A stretch of DNA of 64,000 nt from Carcharhinus amblyrhynchos (GCA_965287045.1 OZ336879.1:37882001-37946000), one strand, 5' to 3'; counted from the stretch's first letter, positions 1 to 13,326 are shown. Made by a program: numbers and translations. The notes: generated from the sequence alone by a model not told the origin.

Positions 1-19
1 CACTACAATGAAATGGTAC

Positions 20-132
20 CTTGAGAGAGAAAGAACTGCTTTAATGAACAAACAGTATCTCTACCAGTGAAGCTACTTCTTTGAAAGCAGCACGTTACCA
101 TGATTAGTATTCCCAAAAAGAAGCTAAGGTAG
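20..132 (-). pseudogene. PKD1-like exon remnant: channel helix S3 region
   Basis: Acceptor ttcttttttcag-like tract and donor AAG|gtacca; 113 nt open: YLSFFLGILIMVTCCFQRSSFTGRDTVCSLKQFFLSQ, resembling the PKD1L2-type S3 pattern (hydrophobic helix, then KR...RD). Confidence 0.6.
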
Positions 133-756
133 CTGAAAAAGAAATCAACTAGTTCCACAAGAACATAGCATTCTGAGACAGTACAAACCCAATTCAATCT
201 ATTCATTGAGCTGACTTCAATATTTAGGTAGTAAGATTCCAGAAATAAAATGGAGTTGGAAAAGATAGATAAGTAATTTTAAATTTAGAAATGACCACCT
301 TGTTCTGTCACTGAATTCCATCTTTCCTTTGCTGTCTCTACTAATATAATATTCATTCTTTAATGACTTATTGGATTTAAAAAATTTGGCAACAGAGATT
401 GGATGTGGGAGTCATGATCTCTGCACTCATTTACATGCGGACAGTGAGGTGCAGGCACTTGACGGGTGTCTTTAGACAGTTTGTCACAAAAAGATTGCAA
501 TTCTATGCTATGACTTTCGAGTATTGTCCCTCAGGTAGGTCTCATTGAAGGGGTTGAAATGATTGGAAGGGAGGGTTTGAGATTGGGCGGGAAGTCTTGG
601 GGGGGAGTGAGTGGAGTGACTGGGCAAGTTGGGGAATTTAAGGAGTGACCAGAAGGGAGGGAGACAATTAGGAATGAGGGAAGGAGGATATCAAACAGGG
701 GTTGTCAAGATCTGCCACAGTAGTGCATTTGGTGTAACCCAATTTTATATAGTGGT

Positions 757-958
757 CAGGAAGGGAGGACATTTCCCTTGGGTGGGTAACTAGAAACAGG
801 GGACACAGCCTAAGATTCAGGCGTAGGTCATTCAGAATTGAGATGAGGAGGAATTTCTTCTCTCAGTGGGTAGTAAATGTAGACAGCTAATTCATTGGTG
901 TAGCAGGCTTGCGGGGTCGAATGACTTAGTCCTGATCTTATTTCCTATATTCCTATCA
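757..958 (+). mobile_element. CR1 LINE 3' fragment
   Basis: actagaaacaggggacacagcctaag...tgaggaggaatttcttctctcag (TRGH..RRNFFSQR). Confidence 0.75.
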
Positions 959-1061
959 GGCATTGAGCCCCGTAATGTACATTATAAAGGGAATGTACCC
1001 ACTTCAGGCTTTGGATGCTTCTATTTCCACCTTCACCAATATGGCAGGTGGTGTACACACA

Positions 1062-3540
1062 GGCCAGAATTTTACCTGTATTGAATCAGTCATGGAGGCG
1101 GACACCAGAAGCGGTGGCAAAGACCCTCCCGCTTCAATCTCCAACCACAAGCAATGTCATGCAAGCCAATGAACAGCTGATACACTGAACTGGAGCTGGG
1201 ACTTGAGGCCAAGGCTGCATCATCACCTGATGTGATGGTAATGGTGACATATTAAGGGATGCCCTGAATGAAATTGCATCCAGTAGGAAGCCTGCAGTCT
1301 GTATGTGGCCCTCATAGCCTGATATATCCATTCTCTATTGAACATCACTCTCCTCAGCAAAGGAATTTCTTCTGCTTGACACCAAGAAATTCCCTGTCAT
1401 CCTCAGACAAGCAGCCAGCATCGATTTGGCCAACCAGGATGCCATTGGGAGTCACCTGTGAGCATGACAAATAGTAAAACACCCCACCTTCCCCCCCACC
1501 CCTTGTAGTTCAATGATTTCCTGCATTTTCTCATCCAGGCTGCTTGGGAAAGGGGCTCCTACCCAAGGGCCAAGGGGTGAGGAGGCCTCTTCACTGAGCC
1601 AAGCAAGTCTGCATAGAGGTGACAGAGAATGTCAGCGGCTGTGGGTTCACCAGTGAAACTGGCGACAGTGCTCCAAGCTGCTTAATGGCCTTCTCCGCTC
1701 TGTAGAGGAGAGTCACAAATCTAAGTCTCCTTTGATGGGGCCAGCACATAGGTATTTGTGGTGGTGAGGGAGAGTTCTCCATGTCATTGGCAATGGGTGG
1801 AGGCTGTAACATCCCCTGGGAAAGGCATGTCTGCAGTTCTGTCAAGGGATGTGAGCCTAGAAGAGCTAAATCGCACAAGACTGTTCTAATGTGGTCAAAA
1901 GCCACATGAATGCTATTAATCACAGACACCACAGTAGGTGCTGAACTTGTTTGAGTAAAGCCCCTAACATCATTCTCCACAGGTAAAGAAGAGCCAGAAT
2001 TCCAAGGAGTGGGCACAGCGCATTGACAGCGTTCCACTCATCATATTCCTGATCCCAGTGGAGGAACTAGAGGTAGCAGCTTAACGGGAAGACTGTTCCA
2101 TTGTAGACAGTGAGGCTGCAGTGTAATCAGTGAGATTAGAAACGGGTAAAACAGGTGGAATGATAGACGTAAATGATTTCCAAGTAACAGATATAAGCTG
2201 GAGCTGCAGCCGATTCTGAGGCCCCCAGTCTGGAGGGTCAAGTGAACCAGATTATTCTGTTCTCTCACACAGCTTAATCACTCAACCAGAGAGCTGCCAC
2301 TCTGGGGGACATGCACCGACCTCTGGGGAGGAGGAAGGGACTTCAGACAATCACACCTTTGCACCCCACCAGCTCCAATACTGCCGCTTCAGTGGATAAA
2401 CACCCATGAGTGATGAAGGGGTGACAATTCAGGGTCACAACCTGATTTCAGCTCCACACGTGTGTCCGAAGTTGTGACAAAGTCATGGACAACTGGAGCG
2501 GTGTGTTGGGCCAGGACCATGAAGCCCTGGGCTGATATTGCACCATCCATAGAACCCCAATAATGGAGAGGGAGTCCATTCAGTCCACTGAGTCTGCAAT
2601 GACTCTCTGAAAGAACATTTTACCCAGGCCACTCTATCCCCATAATCCCATGCATTTACCATGGCCAGGCCACCTAATCTACACATCTTTGGACAATGGG
2701 AGGAAACCAGAGCACCTGGAGGAAAGCCATGCAGACAGACACTCAAGGCCAGAATCAAACCCAGGTCCCTGACAATGTGAGACAGCTGTGCTAACCACTG
2801 TGCCAAGGAGGTGACAGATGCAGGAGGTTCAACGTAAGGTGTGTAAAGATCTCTCAGAACATTCAAAGAATATCCGCTTGGACGGTGGTAGAATTCATCT
2901 AGATCATGGGTGTTGCCAACTCCCTCTGCTCTGCATGCTGGGCCTCCTCCATGTTGGGATTAGCAATTTTCATGAAAAACCATCTCCAAAAGACCAATCA
3001 GCAGGAGACATTCTATTATCTTATCCCTGCGCTCAAGGGAGCAGTGGCAAGACCAAGGGGAGGGCAAAAGAGGTGGCAGTGGGGCACAGTGTCTTCACTA
3101 ATGCTTGTGCTTCTCAGAGGGGTGGAAATATAAGTTTGCCTTGCAATGGAGAATGAGGAGAGGCTGACTTCAACATCTGGAAACTCTTTTTGATGTGGAC
3201 AGCACCTCTTCTGATCCCCTGCCAGTGACCCCCACACCTCATGTGGCTGTGAGAGCCCTGGATCTGGTAAGAACACTTTCTGACAAATGTAAGGAAACTC
3301 CTTGGAAGCCCATCGGTTTCATGGGTACTCACAAAAGTGACGATTCTCAGCCAGGGTGCAACCATTAGCGTAGTAACTATTAAATCAGGTGTATGAACAT
3401 CTCAATGCAGTGTCATTTGGCAATGCTGGAGTGGGATGTGTTGATTCAGGAGCTGACCAGGGGCAACCAGCACCTGTGTGCTCATCATTTGCACATTGGT
3501 AGTAACAGTATCGATGTTTACAATGGAATGAGAAAATTAT
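1062..3540. mobile_element. Degenerate PIF/Harbinger-like DNA transposon
   Basis: Terminus GGCCAGAATTTTACC; + strand 1190-1350 reads ..VMVMVT/ALNEIASS.. like HARBI1 VKVTVALNFYASGSFQ; a possible Myb/SANT remnant lies on the minus strand near 3.1-3.35 kb. The right boundary is approximate. Confidence 0.45.
2528..2805 (-). mobile_element. HE1-type tRNA-derived SINE
   Basis: Reverse complement gives ggcacagtggttagcac...cagggacctgggtttgattc...ccaaagatgtgtagattaggtgg, with a ttctatg tail. Confidence 0.85.
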
Positions 3541-4051
3541 TTGTGAAAATATATTAAATTCATGTAGGCCAAGGGAAGAGGGGAAGAGATATTATTAGAC
3601 GTAGGGAAATCCCAGTGGAATGCTGCTTATCCTTGTGTCCTTACACATAATCACTAAAGCAAACACAGATGTATGCAAATCCCAGATGTACGTAGATAAA
3701 TTGGATGCAAGTTTGCACTATTACCTGTGAATCCTTCTAAAGCAACCATCTGCCTTTCATCCCAGTAGGGGTTTTTTTTTAACTCCCATCGCCTCATTAT
3801 CAGAACATCTCTCCTTCATTATCAAACACAAAACACCATTACAGATCTTTGGACCTTGTCATCAGTGCACAGCCCAGGCTTATTAAATGCAAATGATACA
3901 TTGCGCATGTTGATTCTGTCTCACTCCTAGTTCTTGCATGATGCAGTATGCTTCTGGATTGTAGAACTAAAATTAGAAAAGTACCTTTAACGTCATGATG
4001 CATTTCAAAGATGAAAATGGTGCGACACGGCCACACGTTATTCTATCTTAC

Positions 4052-4150
4052 CTCTGTTCACATTTGTCTGCTGCAAATTAGTTTTGCTTGTTCGCATCCA
4101 TTCTTACTGAATCTCTACCAATTAAATTCCTCTGAGGGTTGTGCCTTTGT
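4052..4150 (-). pseudogene. Candidate PKD1-like exon remnant (S2-S3 linker)
   Basis: Strong donor AG|gtaag, phase-compatible with exon 20-132. Reads ..GRDSVRMDANKQN*F.., where the TAA could be a decayed Tyr of the conserved YF. The hydrophobic helix is not recognisable. Confidence 0.3.
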
Positions 4151-4374
4151 CTATTTTTAGAGCTACTAAAGGATGTTGGATTTGTGTAGTGTGTTCTTGA
4201 ATAGAATGTGAGGCAAGGGTATCAAGGAGCAAAGGTGAGTAAATGGAGTGAAGGCACAGATCAACCTCAAACTGAATGTTGAAATAAGCCTGAGCTGCTG
4301 AATGACTGCCTCTTATCTGCTTTCCTGTGTTTCTATATCCTGTTGAGAAACAAATCAAAACCACGAATAATCAA

Positions 4375-5230
4375 CGTCTGCGCATATGCTGACAATGTCC
4401 ATTTCTATCTCGTCATCATCTCTCTTGATCCCCCATAAACATAAGTTCATCCAAATCTCTACTATCCTTATCCTACCTCATACCAAATCCCATTCATCCT
4501 GTGTTCACTGATCTAAATTGGTACCTGGTCTACCAATGCCTCAATTTTAAAATACTAATTTTTCTGTTTACATCTCTCTATGGCCTTACCCTTCCCCTAT
4601 CTCTGTCATCTCTTTCAGCTCTGCACACACTGCACTACACATGGACCCAGAGGACCTGAACACACTGCACACAGTCCCAGAGGATCTGCATGCACTCACA
4701 CCCAGAGGATCTGGCAACACTGCACACTGACCCAGAGGATCTACATACACTACACTGCACACACACCCAGAGGATCTACATACACTACACTGCATGCCGA
4801 CCCAGAGGATCTACATACACTACACTGCACACCGACCCAGAGGATCTACATACATTACACTACACACACACCCAGAGGATCTACACGCACGCCCAGAGGA
4901 TCGGCACACACACCCAGAGGATCTGCAATGCACTGCACTGCACACACACCCAGAGGATCTAAATTGGTGCCGGGTCTACCAATGCCTCAATTTTAAAATG
5001 CTCATTTTCTGTTTGAATCTCTCAGTGACCTTACCCTTCCCTATCTCTGTTATCTCTTTCAGCCCTGTGTTGTTTCTAGAGATCTGCATTTCCATTTAAA
5101 GCCTCCTGCACATTCCAATTTTTTGTCACCACACCATTGACACACGTCATCAATTTTTCAGTCCAAAGCTTTTGCACTCTCTCTGTAAATCCCTCTGCCT
5201 TTCCACCTTTCTCCCCTCCCTTAACAGAGG
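4375..5230 (+). mobile_element. L2 LINE fragment
   Basis: AYADNVHFYL (YADD) and cctgtgttcactgatctaaattgg...tcaattttaaaat (PVL.DL.W....FKIL), typical of the L2 3' ORF2. Confidence 0.7.
4620..4960. repeat. Minisatellite, ~20-37 bp unit CCCAGAGGATCTACATACACTACACTGCACAC
   Basis: About 11 copies of the cccagagga core are directly visible. Confidence 0.95.
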
Positions 5231-5479
5231 GTCATAAACACAAGAAATGGGAACATGAGTATGCCCTGAATTTACTCCATTGACTAAGATCATGGATCAT
5301 CCACAGCCTCAGCTCCAATCTCCATGGAGGAATATGACTCCTGAGGGCATCACACTGAGCCTCCCCTCTCTGCAGTCTCTGCTCCCTCTCCTTGTTGTGT
5401 TGCCGACCTGGAGGCACTGTAACTGAAGTCTTATCCTTATTGTAGCCCTTTGTGTGGAAAGGTCACCTAAACCTCTGCC

Positions 5480-5865
5480 TTTCCTATCGGGAGCAAGAAA
5501 TCTCACAGCACCAGGTTGAAGTCCAACATGTTTATTTGTAGCAAATGCCATTAGCTTTCGGAACTGGCTCTTCCTTCATCAGATGGGTAGGAGTTCTGAT
5601 CTCAAACAGGGTATATAAAGACATAAACTCAATTTACATGAACAGTGATTAGAATGTGAGTCTTTATAGCTAATCAAGTCTTAAAGGTGCAGACGATGTG
5701 AATGGAGAGAGCATTAAGCACAGGTTAAAGAGATGTGTACTGTTGCCAGAAAGGAAAGTTAGTGAGATTTTGCAAGTCTAGGCAAGTTGTGGGGGTTACA
5801 GATAGTCTCACATGAACTCAAGATCCTGGTTGTGGCCATCCTCGTATGCGGAACTTGGCTGTCAG
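5480..5865 (-). mobile_element. Penelope-like element 3' end/pLTR
   Basis: Reverse complement of the same sequence as 46720-47100 (AKFRT..DG.N.DL end, pLTR, hammerhead). Confidence 0.85.
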
Positions 5866-5924
5866 AGACTGATAGCCAGACAATCCAACGCCGCCATCTC
5901 CACGTCATTTCCTACTGGGATACA

Positions 5925-6290
5925 GCGAGTGACACTCCCTGCCAAATGCAAAACTCATCACAAGGCTGGCAAAATGAGTCCATAGTACGTCCAGAAAGTG
6001 CACTAGCATACTTTTGTCCAAATCTCCCTACCCACGTGTTGGATGTCTGCCTCTTTAAATAATCCCAGTTGGCAGGCTCTTCTTGTAGTGATATGACCAT
6101 TCTTTGGTGAGTAACAAGTCCATTAAGTGGATTTGCATGGTCTAAGCTTGGAATGTATACATTAAAGTAGCTGGAATGGCCATTTGTCATCTGGACCTGG
6201 GCAGTTGGCAAGCTCCCAGCAGCTGTATGGCACACCAATGCCAGCAACTTTCCCAGCTTGGGCACTGTAATGGTTGAAACATTGCACACT
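5925..6290 (-). mobile_element. Old RTE-clade LINE 3' fragment
   Basis: Degenerate LK.Q..TW...K....ALS C-terminal pattern. Confidence 0.35.
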
Positions 6291-6724
6291 GCAACTCAGA
6301 AGAACTCCAGATCCAGCAGCACAAGGGGCCTGAATTTCTCACCATGTATGTGCATGGGTGTCATAGTGTTTTTAGTTGGTGAATGGGGGATGTGTGTGAA
6401 AGTGTGTTGGTGTGCATGTGCATGTGTATGAGTGTGAGTGTGAGTATGGGTGGATGGTGGGGGCTGGGGGGCAGGATTGTACACTGCCACTCTGAAAATA
6501 CAAATATTCACAAATTACAAAAGAGAATATTCAATACATCAAGGTCATTTTCACCTTAAATCATAAGACACATCCTAGCATTACACTGTAAAATGTTTGG
6601 AGTCTGAAGTCAGTCATGTTGCTGGATATCTTCTTGTTCAGATTGGTAGCAACATTTAAATCGGTTCCTCAGCTGTGGGCTTTACTGAGCACAATTACCC
6701 CTGATGTCAATAGCAAATGAGAAA

Positions 6725-6905
6725 ATCTGCAGATATTGCACTGCACACAGACCCAGAGTATCTGTACACACTGCACTGTACACAAATCCAGAGGATCCAC
6801 ACACGCACCCAGAGGACCTGCACTGTACACAGATCAAGAGGATATGCACCCACTGCATCGGCATGAACCCAGAAGATGTGTATGCACTACACTATATACA
6901 GACCC
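6725..6905. repeat. Diverged copy of the same minisatellite family
   Basis: cccagagta/ccagagga/cccagagga/caagagga units with cactgcac spacers. Confidence 0.8.
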
Positions 6906-6919
6906 ACTCGCCCACAGTT

Positions 6920-7118
6920 TGAGTGGGTGAATTTGAGAATTCGTGTCAAAATTTAATGGTCTTGTGAGTTGCATTCCAACCATTATTTTGTAAATTGAAT
7001 TTGTGTCTTTATATACCCTGTTTGTGAACAGAACCCCCAATTACCTGATGAAGAAGCTGCACTTCGAAAGCTAGTGGCTTTTGCTATCAAATAAACTTGT
7101 TGGATTTTATCATTGTGA
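6920..7118 (+). mobile_element. Penelope pLTR fragment
   Basis: gcattccaaccattattttgtaaattg...ctgatgaag...cgaaagctagtggcttttgctatcaaataaac. Confidence 0.8.
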
Positions 7119-7189
7119 TCTAGGGCAAATGCATCTGCTGTGTTTGTGGGTTGAGAAACTTTGGCATTTGGGAAGTTCCCTGGGGTAGT

Positions 7190-8375
7190 ATGTGTGGATC
7201 CAACCAAGGATCAGGCAATTTTGGACCTGGTATTGTGTAATCAGGCAGGTTTAGTAAACAATCTCAGAGTGAAAGACCCCCCTAGGAAACATGTAGAATT
7301 TAGCATTGAGAGTGAGAAACTTGGGTCAGAAACAACTGTGCTAAACTTAAGTGTAATTACAAAAGAATAAGTTGGTTAGAGTGGACTAAGAAAGGAGCTT
7401 AGCAAAAAAGATGGTTGACCAGCAATGGCAGACATTTCTGATAACAATTCATGACTTAAATCATCACATCCCAGTGAGGCTGAAACATTCTAGGATTCAG
7501 CCTGAAGTGCTGTGCCGAAGCCTAGGTCCTGGGACCACACATCAAGTAAGTAACATGCGTCCTAGGGATGGGAAGGTAGGGAATGCTTGGAGGATTGTGA
7601 TGGGGGTGAACTCTGTGCCAGAGAGTAGGCCGGGGTGGGAGAGAGTGTTGGAGCGCTCAGGTTCCTGAGGAGAGGGTATCTCAAATCTGAAGTGGCCTTC
7701 AGATTGAGGTGCCATTCCCCTTTCCTACTGGCAATCAAGATTGAAGACTTTCTCTGTTTGCCACCTGATTGAACTGACTGATACAAGTTGACGCTGGGAG
7801 GGAAAGGGCTCTAACTGATCACTTAAAAAGGGCATTGATGAGTTTGCTGTCCAAGAGCCTGCCTGCCACACAGTAAACTTGCATCAGGGTCAGAATGGGC
7901 AGGATCACAGAGGAAATCCTGTCCAGACAATTTTACATATTGTAGTCTTTCATAAAGGATGTAATAGCAGAGCATTTAGAAATGCATAATATAATCATAT
8001 AGAGCTGGCATGGCTTTGAAGGGGAAATCATGCCTTAAAAATTTATTAGAATTCTTTGAGGTGGTAATGAGCAGCATAGATAAGGGGGACCAGTAGATGC
8101 AATATACTTGGGTTTCCAAAAATCATTTAAGAAAGGTACTGCTACTTAATAAAAACCCATGGTGTTGAGGGTAGTGCATTAGCATGGATAGAGAATTGAT
8201 AACTGATAGAAAACGAAAAGCTGAGATAAGAGGGGAACTTTCAAGATGATAACCTGTAACTAATGGAGTGTCAGGTGTCAGTGCTAGGGTTACAATTACT
8301 TACAATATATATTACTGACTTGGATGAGGAAATTGAATGTACAATTGCCAGTAGATAGAAAGGCAAGTGGTGAAG
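7190..8375 (+). mobile_element. Fragmented CR1 ORF2 (endonuclease + RT), interrupted by another repeat at ~7500-7930
   Basis: PTKDQAILDLVLCN; GKSCL.NLLEFFE; gtaactaatggagtg. Confidence 0.8.
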
Positions 8376-9311
8376 ATGATAGAGACTAGAATTTTCTGGC
8401 TGGTGAGATCATCCGGTCTCACAAATGGTAGACCTCCACAAATACAAGCTCTTCAATCTGAGCATGAGATCCTACCTGCATTCTGCATGGTGAAAAATAG
8501 AGTCAGCATTTTCTCTGCTTCAGGTGCAGGACTAAAACCCTCTATGCTGTATACCTCTCAGATGGCTACATGCTGCCTTGTACCTTAGAATTTTAGAGAT
8601 TTCTTAGAAACTATGTAATTGAATTCCTTTCCACAGAACATCTCTAATGCATCCTGAATCACACGGGCCTTGTATCTAGGTAGAAATCTATATAGCAATC
8701 TGCTAGACACCCACCTCCATTCTATTTTGGAATTGGACAGACTATTCAATGTATAGCTTGTTTTTGAAACCTGACTTTTCCAATAACTCCCTGTGAGACA
8801 TAGAGATTAGCAGTTTATCCAATATTCAACACAACTGCTCTTTCCATTGTAAGTGGTGCATACATCCAACACAATCTCCACAATAAGATAACTAGTGCCC
8901 CCCCAGGCTTATTGTCAGGCATAAATCAGAGCAGGCCTCATGATCCCTTCATTCCTCCATATCTATCTTAAAGTAAAGAGAGTTCCAGTACATAACAATT
9001 ATTAAATGTCATGTTTATATCACTAATATTGAATGGCCATGGCCCCAAGTGAAAATGTTTACCTCCACTTAAAGCATAACAGCAAGTCCTGATGGGAGGA
9101 CTTCACTCCTAAAGTCATGAAACATACCACAGGATAAAACATTAACAAAATAGTTGTGTACACTACCACAAGAGATACCACAGTGTAATATTTAAGTTGA
9201 TGTTATGCCATTGACCCTAAACCATACTCAACTGAGTTTTTGACCAAACTGACCAAATACAAACTGAATCATAACTGACTTCCTAATCTTGAAAATAGGT
9301 GAATCTGAAAA

Positions 9312-10172
9312 ATTTGATTTAATTTTATTATTGTCACATGTATTAACATACAGTGAAAAGTATTGTTTCTTGCTCACTATACAGACAAAATGTATCACTG
9401 ATAGGGCAGAAAACAAAAGAGTGCAGAATGTACTGTTACAATCAAAGCTAGGGTGTAGAGAAAGATCAACTTAATGCAAGGTAAGTCCAGTCAAAAGTCT
9501 GACAGCAGCAGGGAAGAAGCTGTTCTCGAGTCGGTTGGTACATGATCTCAGACTTCTAAATCTTTTTCCCAAAGGAAGAAAGTGGAAGAGACAATGTCTG
9601 GGGTGGTGGGGTCAAGGCATCTGGAAGACAGAGTTAATGGGTGGGGAACTGGTTTGCATGATGGATTGGGCTACATTCACAACCTTTTATAATTCCTTGC
9701 AGTCTTGGGCAGAACAGGAGCCATACCAAGCTGTGATATAACCAGAAAGAATGCTTTCTATGGTGCATCTATAAAAGTTGGTGAGAGTCATAGCTGATAT
9801 GCCAAATTTCCTTAGTCTTCTGAGAAAGTAGAGGCGTTGGTGGGCTTTCTTAACTATAGTGTCAGGATGGGGGGGAACCAGGACAGGTTTTTGGTGATCT
9901 GGACACCTAAAAACCTGACCCTTCTCGACCCTTTCTACTTCGTCCCCTTGAAGTGGACAGAGGCATGTTCTCCTTTACGCTTCCTGATGTCGATGCTAAT
10001 CTCCTTCGTTTCATTGACATTAAGGGAGAGATTATCGTTGCCGCACCAGTTCACCAAATTCTCCATCTCATTCCTATACTTTGTCTCTTCACTGTTTGAG
10101 ATCCGACCCACTATGGTGGTGTGGTCAGCAAACTTGAAAATTGAATTGGTGGGGAGTTTGGCCGCACAGTCA
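9312..10172 (-). mobile_element. Rex1/Babar-type LINE, 5'-truncated
   Basis: KFADHTTIVGRISNSEETKYRNEMENLVNWCGNDNLSLNVNETKE; 3' tail aataataaaattaaatcaaa. Confidence 0.85.
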
Positions 10173-11404
10173 TAGATTATGAAGATTATAGCAGGAGGCA
10201 TCACTAGCATCAACCTGATTCTATACTGGCTTTCTTAGAAACCATAGAGGTCTGGATCTTACGTGGAAATTAACACTAATACAACATTATCTGGGAATTA
10301 AAAGAGGATGGGTTACTTTGTTACAATCTGTAACAGACTAATTAAAAAATAGATTTCCGCTTGATCTCTGAAAAGGTGACAGAACAAAATTACACATTTT
10401 AAACCATTTACTGAAACAGGTTGTAGACAACACTATTGCTGTCCACAACTTGTACTTTAAACTCCAGAACATAACTTTGCCCTTTTACTTTTGACACAAT
10501 CAAAAAAAAACAACTTCACAATTATATTTTACACTGTCTCTTAAGCAGTCATGCAATTTTCCTGGACTGAGTCTAAAGTGTTTCTTGGCTCCTGAGGGTT
10601 TATTTCCATTCTTTTCCTTTCCCAAGGTAGTTACTTTTAACACCAGAACTGACCTTCATGATGAGGGCTTTTCCTGGTGATGCTCCATCCAGCACAAGCC
10701 TCTTTTCTAATCTGCATGAATTTGGTCTTTGCATTTGAGTGTGACCTCCCCCACTCCACTGCATTTCTGCATGGTGAACTATAGACCTTTGGTCTCCAGA
10801 TGCTTTCTCTTTTGCAAATCCTGGAAGATTAGTTGTGTCTGTGAAGTTCAGGGATATCTTTGAAACCTGTCTCTTCGCCTAGCATATCGCCACGGCAATG
10901 TGAGTCATACGGGGCTTGTATCCAGAAATATTGATTAGCTGTCCTTGAGATCCCAGCTGTCTTTCATATTGAAAGGAAATGGACATCAACTGTTTGTAAC
11001 TTGACAATCTCAACACCTTTTTTGGGACTTTGGAAAGTAGGAGCAGAATTTGATGGGGTATCACAAGGAAGCTGTACATTCACTTTCCAACCACATGCCA
11101 ATCAGGCGGTGGCAAGGCCACCAACAAGCATTCCCCTGGAATCAGGACCCTAGGGGCTGGTATGTCACCTACTAACCACTCTGGCCAATCAGAAGCTCTT
11201 GTACTCAGCAGTGCTACTGAGATGGCCATGACTGCTGCTGCAAGGGTAGGCACCTGAGTTCCACGATCATGGAGTGACAGGTTATACAGGTTAGTAATGT
11301 GAGGGTGGGATGTTATGCCAGGTAGGAGTCCCTGGAGATGGGTGCAATAGTGTTGACAGCAAGGGCAGAGAATAGCGCTCAGAACTGCCTCTGCACCCCC
11401 TTCC

Positions 11405-12310
11405 TTGAACAAAGAACAGCACAGGAATAGGCCCTTCAGTCCATCAAGTCTGTGCTGACACAAATGTCTCTCTAATCTAATATTTTAGTGCCACTAAGTG
11501 ATCCATGTCCCTCTATTCTCTGTTTATTCATGTGTTTATCCAGATGCCTCTTGGAACGTTGTTATAGAATCTGCTTCCACCACTCCTGCGGCAGCACGCC
11601 TGAGCATTTATCACTCTCTGTATGAAAAATTTGTTCCTTCCATCTTTTTTATACTTTCCTCTTCTCACTTCCAACCTCTGCTCCCAAGTAATTGACCCTT
11701 CGACCCTGGAAAAAAGATTCTATCTAACCTATCTAAGCCTGCCATACTCTTGTACATCTCTATCAGGTCCCATCCTCATGCTCTGATGCTCCAGTGAAAA
11801 CAATCCAAATTTGTTCAACCTTTCTCCATAGTTCATAACCTCCAAACCAGGCAACATCCTCTTCTGCACCCTTTCCAATGCATCATTGTGGTATGGCAGC
11901 CAGAACTGCACAGAACACTCCAAATGTGGCCTAACCAAAGTCTTATACAGCTTCAACATGATTTTCCGATTCCTAAACTCAATGCACCAACCAATGAAGG
12001 CCAGCATGCCATATGCCTCCTTGACCACCTTGTCAGCTGAGTTGCCACCTTCAGAGAACTATGGACCTGCACACCTAAATCCCTCTGTATGCTAATATTT
12101 CTAAGGACTCTACCATTTACAGTATACTTTCCTTCGGCATTAGACCTTCCAAACTGCATCACCTCATGAAAGGCTTTATTAAAGTCCATGAATACAACAT
12201 CCACTGCCTTGCCCTGGTCAATCTGTCTTGTCACTTTCTCAAAGAACTCAATCAAGTTTGTGAGACATGGCCTCCCCTTCACAAAACTATGCTACGTATT
12301 GCTAATAAGC
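11405..12310 (-). mobile_element. CR1 LINE 3' fragment
   Basis: KGRPCLTNLIEFFE..MDFNKAF; LYKTLVRPHLECSVQFW. Confidence 0.9.
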
Positions 12311-12767
12311 CCCTACCTGCTGTCCAATTCCTTGATCAAGCATTGATCAAAGGACTACCTCCAAAGGTGACAATTTTCCCAGACTCTGCACACCGTATGG
12401 CAATAGGCCTGCTTGCAGCTAGGTTAATACCAGCAGTGGGAGGATGAGGCCCTTGAACGGTCATTAATAAGTGGCAGGGCAAGAAAGTTGACGATAGGGA
12501 TTCCTGCCCAGAACTTAATTCTGGTGGTGGTGGCAATGTCACAGGGATATGCTATGCCACCATCCCACCTAATAAATGCCTTTCCCACCTCCAAGCTTGT
12601 ACCAGTGAGAGCACAGGCTTCTGGCTAGCAGTCTAACCATTGTAAACATTGATGCTGTTGTCATTGTCTCCAAGTGGGTACACCTTCAGCTCCTCCCCAG
12701 CAAAAAAACACTTGAACCCCCTTTTAATCTTTAACAGCCTCATCACCCAGGTTCTTTTTATATATGA

Positions 12768-13326
12768 TTTTGATTTATTATTGTCACATATATTGGGATA
12801 TAGTAGAAAGCATTGTTCCTTGCGCACTATATAAAGCATACCATTCATAAAGTATATAGGGGAGAAGGAGAGGAGAGGGTGCAGAATGTAGTGTTACAGT
12901 CATAGCTAGGGTGTAGAGAAAGAACAGTTTAATATAAAGTCGATCCATTCAAAAGTCTGATGGCATCAGGGAAGAATCTGCTTGAGAGTCGGTTGGTATG
13001 TGATCTCAGACTTTTGTATATTTTTCCCAATGGAATAAGTGGAAGAGAGTATGCCTGGGGTGTGTAGTGTTCTTGATTATGCTGGCCCTTTTTCCAAGGC
13101 AGCAGGAAGTGTAGATGGAGTCAATGGATGGGAGATTGGTTTGCGTGATGGACTGGGCTTCATTTACACGACCCTTTGTAGTTTCTTGCGGTCTTGGTCA
13201 GAGTAGGAGCCATACCAAGCTGTGATACAACCAAAAAGATGCTTTCTAGGTGTGTCTATAAAACTTGGTGAGAGTCATAGCAGACATGCCAAATTTTCTT
13301 AGCCCCCTGGGAAAGTAGAGGAATTG
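12768..13326 (-). mobile_element. Second Rex1/Babar-type LINE 3' fragment
   Basis: Visibly colinear with 9312-9840. Confidence 0.85.

Noticed and set aside
4580-5099. His/Thr-rich repetitive ORFs; CRISPR-like repeat/spacer appearance
   Set aside because: These are translations of a minisatellite. The spacers are themselves repetitive, the context is eukaryotic and there are no cas genes.
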